From assembly GCA_020328045.1 (NCBI GenBank), contig JAIXMY010000001.1:1-42587 (forward strand): a stretch of 42,587 bases of DNA, in the 5' to 3' direction. This document shows, piece after piece, positions 31,137 to 40,342 of this stretch (its first letter is position 1; every line of letters starts with the position of its first letter). The notes beneath the pieces were generated by a model that made no database searches, was not told where the DNA came from, and worked only from the letters and a program-made list of their open reading frames with translations. Both the position numbers and the translations under genes were made by a program. The DNA is from Candidatus Endomicrobiellum pyrsonymphae. GTDB lineage: Bacteria; Elusimicrobiota; Endomicrobiia; Endomicrobiales; Endomicrobiaceae.

Positions 31137-33740
31137 GTGTTGAAAGATATTTTAAGCGCAATTTTTGGTTCCCAAAATGAAAGAGATATAAGGGCGATAA
31201 AACCGATAGTCGCGAGAGTTAATGCTTTTGAGTCTGCCATAAAACAGCTTACGGATGACGGATTAAAAAATAAAACAATTGAGTTTAGAGAATGTCTTGA
31301 AAAAGGGGCAACTTTAGATGATATTTTGCCCGAAGCTTTTGCGTGCGTCAGAGAGGCTTCTGTAAGAGCAATTGGTTTAAGACATTTTGACGTACAGATA
31401 GTAGGCGGTTATATACTTCACAAAGGTAAAATTGCCGAGATGAGAACGGGAGAAGGAAAAACTTTAGTTGCTACGCTTGCTGCATATCTTAATGCTTTGC
31501 CTCAAACTGGTGTTCATGTGGTAACCGTCAACGATTATCTTGCAAAAAGAGATAAGGAGTGGATGGGCGCGATTTATGAAAAACTTGGTCTTACCGTTGG
31601 AAACGTCGGACACGAGACAAGAAACACAGAAAGAAAAGAAGCTTATAACTGCGATATAACTTATGTTACAAATAATGAGATTGGGTTTGATTATTTAAGA
31701 GATAATATGGTTGTTTCAAAAGAAGACAGAGTTTTACGTCCTCTCAGCTATGCAATTATAGACGAAGTTGATTCTATTTTAATAGATGAAGCAAGAACGC
31801 CTCTTATTATTTCCGGCGCTGGTGAACAGTCAACGGATAAATATTATATTTCTGACAGAATAGTTCCTATGCTTAAGGGCAGAAAAGTTACCGAAAGTGA
31901 GGAAATAAAAGCAAAATACGATAATATCGACTTATCAAAGGGTTACGATTATCTTCTTGATGAAAAGAATCATTCTATTGTTTTAACGGAACAGGGTGTC
32001 CAAAAGACTGAAAAAATATTGGGTATAAAAAATATTTATGATGATTTACAATCTGAATGGGTGCATCACATAACGCAGGCCATAAAAGCACACAATTTAT
32101 ATCGTCGCGATGTTGAGTATGTTGTAAAAGATGGTGAAGTTGTAATTGTAGATGAATTTACAGGAAGACTGATGCCGGGTAGAAGATGGTCTGACGGACT
32201 TCATCAAGCGATTGAAGCAAAAGAAAATTTAAAAATTGCAGATGAAAATCAAACCCTTGCGACGATAACGTTTCAGAATTTTTTCAGAATGTATAAAAAA
32301 ATCTCGGGGATGACAGGTACAGCGTCAACTGAAACAGCTGAATTTTGGGAAATTTATAAACTTGGAGTTGTAGAAGTGCCTACAAATAATCCGATGGTAA
32401 GAAAGGATCATCCCGATGTTATATATATGACTGAAAAAGAAAAAGACAATGCTATAATCAACGAAATCGAATCTTTATGGAGCAAGGGTCAGCCTGTTCT
32501 TGTTGGTACAAGGTCGATAGAAAAATCTGAAAAAATAGCAGTCATGCTTAGAAAAAAAGGCATTCCTCATCAGGTATTAAATGCTAAGTATCATGCTGTA
32601 GAAGCTCAAATTATTGCGTCTGCAGGGGCAAAATCCGCAGTTACAATTGCTACAAATATGGCGGGTAGAGGTACGGATATTGTTCTTGGCGCTGGCGATG
32701 CGGTTCAAAATGAAGAGGTTAAGGAATTAGGAGGACTTCACATAATAGGTACGGAAAGACATGAATCGCGAAGAATAGATAATCAGCTTAGAGGACGCGC
32801 AGGCAGACAAGGCGATGTGGGATCTACAAGGTTTTTCCTTTCCATGGAAGATGAGCTTATGCGTCTTTTTGGTTCCGATAAAATGTCCGTAATGATGCAG
32901 AAGTTAGGTTTAAAAGAGGGTGACGATATACAACATCCTTGGATATCAAAAGCAGTGGAGGGTGCGCAGAAAAAAGTGGAAGGAATGAATTTTGATATAA
33001 GAAAACAACTGATAGATTTTGATAATGTTATGAACAAGCAAAGGGAAGCTATTTATAGATTAAGAAACGAGATTCTCGAAGGGGAAGATATAACAGACAC
33101 CATCAAAGATATGATTAACGAGTCCATTGAGGAAAAACTTTCTACTTGGACTGCTGAAAAATATGCGGAGGAGTGGGATTGGACTAGCATAGATGCATGG
33201 CTGTCTAGGATTTTTGGCGTTAAATACGAAATTGAAAATAAAGATGAAATAAACTTTTTCTCAAAGGAGGCTCTTCAAACTGATATTTGTGAAAGAGTCA
33301 TTGAGGCATATGAAAAAAGAAAAGAAGAACTTACTCCTGAGTTAATGGCTCAGATACAAAGAATGGTGTTCTTGCAGATGATAGATTCTTCGTGGTATGA
33401 TAATTTATACGAACTCGATCAGTTAAGACGAGGTATAGGTTTTAGGGCTTATGCTCAAAAAGATCCGAAAGTCGAATACCAAAGAGAATCTTTTGCTTTG
33501 TTTGAATCTATGATGAAGAGAATAAGAGAAAATACCGTAGAATACATATTTAAAGTTCAGGTTGATGTTAAGCCGCAACCTCTAAATAACGCGGAAACTG
33601 CAAAAGTAAGTCCTTCTTTTGGTAAAAAAAATGATCGAAAAGAAGATAAAGGGAAACCACAAAATTTAAGTAAAATAGGGAGAAATGATTCTTGTCCGTG
33701 TGGGAGTGGGAAAAAATATAAAAAGTGTTGTGGAGTTTGA
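31137..33740 (+). CDS. secA: Preprotein translocase ATPase SecA
   Basis: MRTGEGKTL, DEVDSILIDEARTPLIIS, ATNMAGRGTDI, RRIDNQLRGR, C-terminal CPCGSGKKYKKCC. Confidence 0.99.
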   Translation: MLKDILSAIFGSQNERDIRAIKPIVARVNAFESAIKQLTDDGLKNKTIEFRECLEKGATLDDILPEAFACVREASVRAIGLRHFDVQIVGGYILHKGKIAEMRTGEGKTLVATLAAYLNALPQTGVHVVTVNDYLAKRDKEWMGAIYEKLGLTVGNVGHETRNTERKEAYNCDITYVTNNEIGFDYLRDNMVVSKEDRVLRPLSYAIIDEVDSILIDEARTPLIISGAGEQSTDKYYISDRIVPMLKGRKVTESEEIKAKYDNIDLSKGYDYLLDEKNHSIVLTEQGVQKTEKILGIKNIYDDLQSEWVHHITQAIKAHNLYRRDVEYVVKDGEVVIVDEFTGRLMPGRRWSDGLHQAIEAKENLKIADENQTLATITFQNFFRMYKKISGMTGTASTETAEFWEIYKLGVVEVPTNNPMVRKDHPDVIYMTEKEKDNAIINEIESLWSKGQPVLVGTRSIEKSEKIAVMLRKKGIPHQVLNAKYHAVEAQIIASAGAKSAVTIATNMAGRGTDIVLGAGDAVQNEEVKELGGLHIIGTERHESRRIDNQLRGRAGRQGDVGSTRFFLSMEDELMRLFGSDKMSVMMQKLGLKEGDDIQHPWISKAVEGAQKKVEGMNFDIRKQLIDFDNVMNKQREAIYRLRNEILEGEDITDTIKDMINESIEEKLSTWTAEKYAEEWDWTSIDAWLSRIFGVKYEIENKDEINFFSKEALQTDICERVIEAYEKRKEELTPELMAQIQRMVFLQMIDSSWYDNLYELDQLRRGIGFRAYAQKDPKVEYQRESFALFESMMKRIRENTVEYIFKVQVDVKPQPLNNAETAKVSPSFGKKNDRKEDKGKPQNLSKIGRNDSCPCGSGKKYKKCCGV

Positions 33741-33863
33741 GAAGTTTAAACATGAATTTTATTTTAGCTTATGTTAATTCAGTTAATAGTTTTATGTAAT
33801 TGTGAAAACTAATCGAAATTTTGGTTAGATGAATTAAACAAGGATAAAGATGTACTGGTATGA

Positions 33864-34529
33864 ATATTGGCTATCAGTAACTCAGAAGAATCATATGGTT
33901 TGAGGGAACGTGTCTTGCTTGGTATAAGTCCGTTTAAGGTTATTATACTGAAGAAAATTTAAAAAAGCTTTTTGCTTGGGGACTATCTACTTTCAAAAAA
34001 ATGAATGTTTTTATACCCGATGAATTTTGGCATGTACGCTTCGAGCAGTGAGATATTCCGAAGATAAGGCAAAGAAAAAGACTAGATTACATGATAATAA
34101 TTTGAAGAATAAGGCAATAAAAACTTTGCTTGCAAACAAGTTATCGGATGTTGAAGCTAACAATATGATAGTTTTTTGCAGCGATCTCATGCATAATGAA
34201 AAATATTTAAAATTTCATGATACTTATAAAAAATTATATGGGAATGATGAGAGTTTTAGAAAAGGATGTTTTTAGCAACTTCGAAAACAGTTTGGCAAGC
34301 AAAGGTTTTTTAGGCGATATGAGTGATGAAGCAGTATGTGTTGCTGTAAAATATTTTATTGCTGAACTTCCTGTGTATCTTAATGTCCATGACATTATCA
34401 ATATTTCTTCGTCTTTATATGCATATAAAGATACTCTCTCAGGTTTCTTGACGGGCGTATACGACAAAGATAGTCCATTTTTCATATGTTTCTTCAAAAC
34501 AGGGTTATTTGGCAGTAAATTTTTCTTAA
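33864..34529 (+). pseudogene. tRNA-dependent cyclodipeptide synthase (AlbC/YvmC family) pseudogene
   Basis: Across about 5 frameshifts: RERVLLGISPF / GYYTEENLKKLFAWG..FKKMNVFIPD / LACTLRAV.YSEDKAKKKTR...FRKGC / LATSKTV / AVKYFIAELPVYL...SSLYAYK / QGYLAVNFS*. GISP Ser at 33927-33929; YxxxExP present; 5' end approximate. Confidence 0.85.
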
Positions 34530-34544
34530 ATAAAGAGGGACGCT

Positions 34545-35472
34545 ATGAGTGAAGAATAGCTTTTAGCCAGCAATATTTTACGAAGCATTCCTGGATTTAT
34601 CTATTGGAAAGATATAGATGGAGTTTACTTGGGTTGTAATCAAGCGGAAGCCGAAATGCTTGGATATAAATCTGCTAAAGAAGTTGCAGTAGGTGAAACA
34701 GATTACGATTTGTCATGGAGATATGAGGCTGAAATATTAAGAAAAACAGATCAGAGAATTATGTTGAATAAAGTATATGAAGAAATATTGGAAAATGTAA
34801 CATGAGGTGATAGTATATGATTGATAGTAAGTGATATCAGTATCAAAAATCGAATATGATCTTCAATTATCGTTCAGATTCAAATCAAAAATTCGTGTTT
34901 ATAAAGGAAATTCTAATGGCATTGATTTTGGCACTATAAAGGGAACAGGATACGGTATTGGATTGCAACAAGTTAAGGATACATTAAAAACTATAAAAAC
35001 TATGAATGCTCAGATGCTAATTAAATCTGAAGAAAATGTAGATACAGAATTTGTTTTCATATTCCCGACAGAGATGCCAAGATGTTTCGCAGATAAAAAT
35101 AGAATTGCGCAAAGGCGATACAGCTGTTATAATTAGATGGTGATGTATTAGTTCATGATATATGGAAGAGTCGTTTTTCAGAACATTCTAGTGAAGTATC
35201 AGTTAAGTATTTTACGCAAGGCTTAGATGTTGTTGATTTTATAACTTCACTAAATAAAGGAAAAGAATAAAGTCTTTTTGTTGTCAGATTATGAATTAGA
35301 AAATCAAGAATTAAATGGGATAGACGTAATAGAGAAAAGCAATATGCAAGAGCAACATATATTCGTCACGGTATTGCAGACATCAGAAATAAAAGATTTT
35401 GGCGAAAAAAGTAAATTTCTTAAAATGTTTAATAAAACGTATTTTAATGATATTCCCTTGATAATTTTATGA
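34545..35472 (+). pseudogene. PAS-domain sensor histidine kinase / receiver hybrid, pseudogene
   Basis: GAGGGA RBS, ATG 34545, TAG at codon 5; PAS SIPGFIYWKDIDGVYLGCN...GETDYDLSW; HATPase remnant TIKGTGYGIGLQQVK..IKSEENVDTEF; receiver-like VII/DGD..VHDIW..RF and LSDYEL..NGIDVI; no HisKA region recognisable. Confidence 0.78.
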
Positions 35473-37025
35473 AAATAATAGACTGTAAAAGGTTTGTTTT
35501 GTGTATTGCCACAGGTTTGTTGGCTGCAACTGCCTTTCCTAAAATAAATTTATTTTTTTTGATGTGGGTAGCTTTTGTACCGTTGATTTATGTAGTGATG
35601 GAATCAGGGTATAAAGGTTCTTTTTGTTATGGATTCATTTCAGGATTTGTCTTTAATGCTGTAGGTATGTATTGGCTTTATTTAATGCTTTATTCTAACA
35701 CAAAATCTTGCGCACAGGCTTTAATTGCGTCTAGTCTTTTATGGATATATCTTGCGCTGTATTGGAGTGTTTGGGGCGGATGTTTGTGTTTTATAAGAAA
35801 TGCCATTGCTAGAAAATTTAGGGACGATATAATTCAAAATATTTTGTTGATTATTGCCGGTGCGGCAATGTGGGTCGTTCTAGAATATATCAGAACATAT
35901 TTTCTTACAGGTTTTTCTTGGATGCTTATAGCATATTCGCAGTTTGAGTTTACTTCAATTGTACAAATAGCTGAATTCACCGGTGTGTATGGGGTATCGT
36001 TTATTTTGATGTTTTGTAATTTATGCCTCCATTTTTGGATATCAAAAAGGGTCAATAAGTATCTTTATATTGCTTTAGTTTTGATTGTTGCGTTTGCAAT
36101 ATTTGGAGCAGTTAGATCAAATAGATTTAAATCTTTTGGTGAACAGGAATTTTCGGTATCTATTGTACAACCAAATATTGATCAGAATGAGAAATGGGAT
36201 GCTGCTTTTAGTGCGATAATATATTCCAACCTCAGAAATTATGCTTCTGAAATTTCTAAAAATAAAACTGATTTAGTTTTATGGCCGGAAACGGCGTTTA
36301 CGGAGCTTGTCCCTAATAATGCGAGAATGTATGAGTCAGCAAAAGAGATTACAACTCTTGCTGGCGGCTTAAACATTGTGGGCTCTCCATTTTCTGATGA
36401 TGGGGAAAAAGTATATAATGCTGTTGTATCTTTTGAGAACGGTGGTGATTATAAAGCTGTTCATAAAAAAAATTGTCTTATTCCTTTTGGAGAGTATGTT
36501 CCATTTAGAGAATTGTTTGCACAATTTTTTGATGTTATAAATCACATGGGCGACCTTGAAAGAGGCACAGATACAAATGTTTTTGATAATGGAAAGCTAC
36601 GTGTTGGCTCGACAATATGTTCAGAGAATTTCTACCCTGATATTTCCAGAAGATTTGTGTTTTCCGGGGCAAAAGTCCTCTCAAATCATGCAAACGATGG
36701 ATGGTTTTTTGACACGGCGGCTCCTTCTCAACATTTTGCTATGAACGTGTTCAGAGCGGTTGAAACTCGTAAGGCAATGCTAGTATCTGCAAATTCAGGA
36801 ATTTCGGGGTTTATTGAAGCATCAGGCGTAATTGTTGAACGAACTCAGTTGTGTAAAAAGGTTTTGCTCAGAGGGACGTTTTTTCAAAATGATTTTAAAA
36901 CTTTTTACACAAAGTTTGGCGATTTGTTTGTGTATGTTTGTATAGGGATTATTTTGTCTGTATTATTATTGAATTATAAACGTAGAAAGGAGTCGCCATG
37001 CTTGGGCAACAGAAAGAAAGAATAG
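35469..37025 (+). CDS. lnt: Apolipoprotein N-acyltransferase
   Basis: Multi-TM N-terminus, VQPNI, LWPETA, K..LIPFGEYVP, ICSE, NDGWF, RAVETR, ANSGIS. Confidence 0.93.
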   Translation: MKIIDCKRFVLCIATGLLAATAFPKINLFFLMWVAFVPLIYVVMESGYKGSFCYGFISGFVFNAVGMYWLYLMLYSNTKSCAQALIASSLLWIYLALYWSVWGGCLCFIRNAIARKFRDDIIQNILLIIAGAAMWVVLEYIRTYFLTGFSWMLIAYSQFEFTSIVQIAEFTGVYGVSFILMFCNLCLHFWISKRVNKYLYIALVLIVAFAIFGAVRSNRFKSFGEQEFSVSIVQPNIDQNEKWDAAFSAIIYSNLRNYASEISKNKTDLVLWPETAFTELVPNNARMYESAKEITTLAGGLNIVGSPFSDDGEKVYNAVVSFENGGDYKAVHKKNCLIPFGEYVPFRELFAQFFDVINHMGDLERGTDTNVFDNGKLRVGSTICSENFYPDISRRFVFSGAKVLSNHANDGWFFDTAAPSQHFAMNVFRAVETRKAMLVSANSGISGFIEASGVIVERTQLCKKVLLRGTFFQNDFKTFYTKFGDLFVYVCIGIILSVLLLNYKRRKESPCLGNRKKE

Positions 37026-38084
37026 ATGCTTTGAGGGGGTCCCTTTGATGTAGATTCAAAAATAAATAGAATCAAAGAACTCGAACAGGATATATCTGAC
37101 GCAAATTTTTGGAGCGATCAAAACAATGCCAAAAAAGTTATGGCGGAGCTCGATGGTCTAAAAAATATATGTAAATTGTGGAACGATATGAGCTTGCAGG
37201 TTAAAGATTTAATTGATTTAAAAGAACTTGCCGGAATTGAAAATGATGAAAATATTTTAAAAGAAATTGAAGACGGCAGCAAAAAACTTGAGAAAAAATT
37301 ATCTGCTTTTGAAACTAAAACGAGACTTAGCGGACCGCACGATAAAAATAATGCGATTATTGCTATACATGCGGGCGCTGGTGGCACGGAATCTTGCGAT
37401 TGGGCACAGATGTTAGTGAGAATGTATTCTAGATGGGCGGAAGATAAGCGTTTTGAAACTGAAGTTGTTGATAGTTTAGATGGAGATGAGGCTGGAATAA
37501 AAAGCATAACAATGATAATAAAGGGTGAATATGCTTATGGTTTTTTGCAGTCTGAAATAGGAGTTCACAGGCTTGTAAGAATTTCTCCATTTGATTCTAA
37601 CAAAAGACGGCACACTTCATTTAGTTCTGTTGACGTTATCCCTGAAGTTGACGACAATATCAACATAGTTGTCGAAGATAAAGATATAAGAATTGACACT
37701 TACAGAGCTTCCGGTGCAGGCGGGCAACATATCAATAAAACAGATTCTGCTGTGAGAATCACGCATTTTGTAACAGGCATAATTGTTCAATCTCAAAACG
37801 ATCGCTCTCAGATTAAAAACAGGGAAACTGCGATGAAACTCTTAAAAGCCAAACTCTACGAATTTGAACAGGAAAAGCAGCGCGCTTATTGTGAAAAACA
37901 CTATAATGAAAAAGGCTCTATAGAATGGGGAAGCCAAATACGTTCCTATGTTTTTATGCCGTATCAGCTTGTGAAGGATCATAGAACCGAGTGCGAAACA
38001 TCTCAGGTTAGTCTGGTGATGGATGGGGAGATTGACGGTTTTATCAGCGCATATTTATCCTGGAAATTAAAGAAAAAGAAATAA
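36998..38084 (+). CDS. prfB: Peptide chain release factor 2, programmed +1 frameshift
   Basis: AAGGAG RBS, ATG 36998, MLGQQKERIDALRGSL then AGGGGG-TCC-CTT-TGA-T (37034-37049); the +1 frame is open into the 37140 ORF with SPF and GGQ motifs. Confidence 0.95.
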
Positions 38085-38137
38085 TATCGCTCTGCAATGT
38101 TTTAAAAAAAGCGCTTATTTTTCAATGATTTTTTGTT

Positions 38138-38167
38138 TTGACATCGCACTGTTATTTTTGGTAAAAT
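38138..38167 (+). promoter_or_regulatory. Sigma70-type promoter for psd-pssA
   Basis: TTGACA, 18 nt, TAAAAT with extended -10 TG. Confidence 0.7.
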
Positions 38168-38237
38168 CCCGAGGAAGTCTACTTAATAGCGCATATTTTA
38201 TTTAGATCGTCATTGTTCTTATAAAAGGGGATTGAAA

Positions 38238-38891
38238 ATGCAACTTGTCAAAGAAGGTTATCCGTTTATTATAATTTCGCTTGTTTTGGGATTGTTATTG
38301 TTTGTTTCAGGATTTGGCGTAGTTGCAAGCATGATAGGCATTTTGTGTATGTTAGCTTCATTGTTTTGCTTATATTTTTTTAGAGATCCAAAAATAGATA
38401 TAACAAAAGGCAATGGTTTAATTCTGTCGCCTTGCAATGGTACTGTTTTAGAAGTAAGTGAAAACGAAACAGAAAAAATTATCAGAGTATTTTTATCCGT
38501 TTTAGACGTACATTTACAACGCTCGCCCGTCGCGGGGAAGGTTGTAAAAGTTGAATATAAACCCGGAAAATTTCTCAAAGCTATGGAACCGCAAGCGCAT
38601 ATAGTAAATGAACAAAATATCATAACAATAGAAAATGAAAACGGGACATATCTTGTTAAACAAGTCGCAGGGATACTTGCTAGAAGATGCGTTGCATGGG
38701 TGAAACCCGGCGATATTTTAAATACCGGCGATAAAATAGGTGTTATAAAGTTTAGTTCTCAGGTGGATATGCACATGCCAAGAAATGTTGATATTAAAGT
38801 TAAACAGGGTGATAAAGTCGTGTCTGGAATAACAATTTTCGCAATTCTAATGGATTCTTCAAGCTCGGAGTTTACCCCCGAGGGTCTTTAA
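38238..38891 (+). CDS. psd: Phosphatidylserine decarboxylase proenzyme
   Basis: YFFRDP, SPCNG.V, VFLSVLDVH.QRSP, QVAGILARR, KFSSQVD; adjacent to pssA; ATG 38238 chosen for RBS spacing. Confidence 0.88.
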   Translation: MQLVKEGYPFIIISLVLGLLLFVSGFGVVASMIGILCMLASLFCLYFFRDPKIDITKGNGLILSPCNGTVLEVSENETEKIIRVFLSVLDVHLQRSPVAGKVVKVEYKPGKFLKAMEPQAHIVNEQNIITIENENGTYLVKQVAGILARRCVAWVKPGDILNTGDKIGVIKFSSQVDMHMPRNVDIKVKQGDKVVSGITIFAILMDSSSSEFTPEGL

Positions 38892-38999
38892 TAGGTGACG
38901 ACGATATACGTTTTTGTTATCAATATTGAGCGTAGCGAAATATCTAGAAGATATGTGCCTATATAAAAATGTTTGACTGTAATCAAATAGGGAGTTGCC

Positions 39000-39794
39000 A
39001 TGAGCGAAAAACTTAAAAAAGGTATTTATATAATACCAAGTCTTTTTACATGTGGTAATATGTCTTGCGGTTATTTATCGATTATGTCGTCAATCGAAGG
39101 AGATTTTACAAAAGCAGCATGGCTTCTTATACTTGCGATAGTTTGTGATATGATGGACGGTAGGATTGCGAGACTTACAAGGACGACAAGCGAATTTGGA
39201 ATTCAACTGGATTCTTTAAGCGACTTGGTGTCCTTTGGCATTGCGCCATCTGTGATGATGTATCAGCTTGTTTTAAATTCTATGGGAAAGGTTGGTATGG
39301 CAATTGCGGTGCTGTTTGTATTATGTAGTGGCTTAAGACTTGCAAAGTTTAACGTCCAAGCCAAAGATAACGTGACTCATGCTTCTTTTATTGGGTTGCC
39401 TACGCCTGCTTCAGCTGGTCTTCTGATGTCATTTGTTCTAAGTTATGAATTATTTGTTGTAGAACCTGGTCAGTCTTTAACGTTTAAGACAATACCTCTC
39501 TTGATGAGAAATATGCCTATTTTTTTTAAAACAATGCCTGTTGTAATGATAATTTTATCTTGGCTTATGGTTTCAAATATTCAGTATGTTTCATTTAAAA
39601 AAATGAATCTTTCAAAACCTAAAGCATTTAGACTTTTAGTTTTGATAATAATATTAATATTTCTTGTGATTGCGTTTCCGCAAAATATCATTTTTATATT
39701 GTTTAGTTTGTATGCTCTTTCTGGGATAGTATTTACTGGGGCAAGGTATTATAGGGCTTATCAAATAAAAATTAGTTTGAAAAAGGGAGAGTAA
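39000..39794 (+). CDS. pssA: CDP-diacylglycerol-serine O-phosphatidyltransferase
   Basis: IPSLFTCGN, DMMDGRIAR...SEFGIQLDSLSDLVSFGIAP, LRLAKFN, FIGLPTP. Confidence 0.94.
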   Translation: MSEKLKKGIYIIPSLFTCGNMSCGYLSIMSSIEGDFTKAAWLLILAIVCDMMDGRIARLTRTTSEFGIQLDSLSDLVSFGIAPSVMMYQLVLNSMGKVGMAIAVLFVLCSGLRLAKFNVQAKDNVTHASFIGLPTPASAGLLMSFVLSYELFVVEPGQSLTFKTIPLLMRNMPIFFKTMPVVMIILSWLMVSNIQYVSFKKMNLSKPKAFRLLVLIIILIFLVIAFPQNIIFILFSLYALSGIVFTGARYYRAYQIKISLKKGE

Positions 39795-39797
39795 TAA

Positions 39798-40310
39798 GTG
39801 ATAATAGAGCAGCTTTTAATCTTGATTAAACCGGATGGAGTTAAAAAATCTTTAACAGGAAATATTTTGACTAAACTTTCAGAAGCAAGAATGGTTATCA
39901 TAGGCACAAAAGCGGTAAAAGTAAGCAAAAAGTTGGCAGAAGCACATTATTATCAGCTTAAAGATAAGCCATTTTTTGGCGAGCTTGTAGATTATATTCA
40001 GGGTAAAATATACGGCGAACCTTGGGATAGAGTTATAGCGTTTGTATATCAGGGGGAGGATGCTATTGCAAGAATGAGAAAAATTGCCGGCGCGACGAAT
40101 CCTGAAGAAGCAGATCCTATTTCAATCAGAGGTGCATACGGAAGAATAACAACAAAAGGAATTTATGAAAACGTTGTCCACTGTTCTTCAGATCCGTCAG
40201 AAGCAGAAAGAGAAATCAAGTTGTGGTTCCAACCTGACGAAATAGTTAACTCGGTATATTCTACCAAAAAAATTATTGCAGGGAAAGGAGAAAAAACTGT
40301 CTGGGCGTAG
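39798..40310 (+). CDS. ndk: Nucleoside diphosphate kinase
   Basis: LIKPDGV, AEAHY, GATNP..A.P.SIRG.YG, NVVHCSS, EAEREI..WF. Confidence 0.93.
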   Translation: MIIEQLLILIKPDGVKKSLTGNILTKLSEARMVIIGTKAVKVSKKLAEAHYYQLKDKPFFGELVDYIQGKIYGEPWDRVIAFVYQGEDAIARMRKIAGATNPEEADPISIRGAYGRITTKGIYENVVHCSSDPSEAEREIKLWFQPDEIVNSVYSTKKIIAGKGEKTVWA

Positions 40311-40342
40311 TTTGAATGATGCTTTTACAAGGGGAATAAGAG

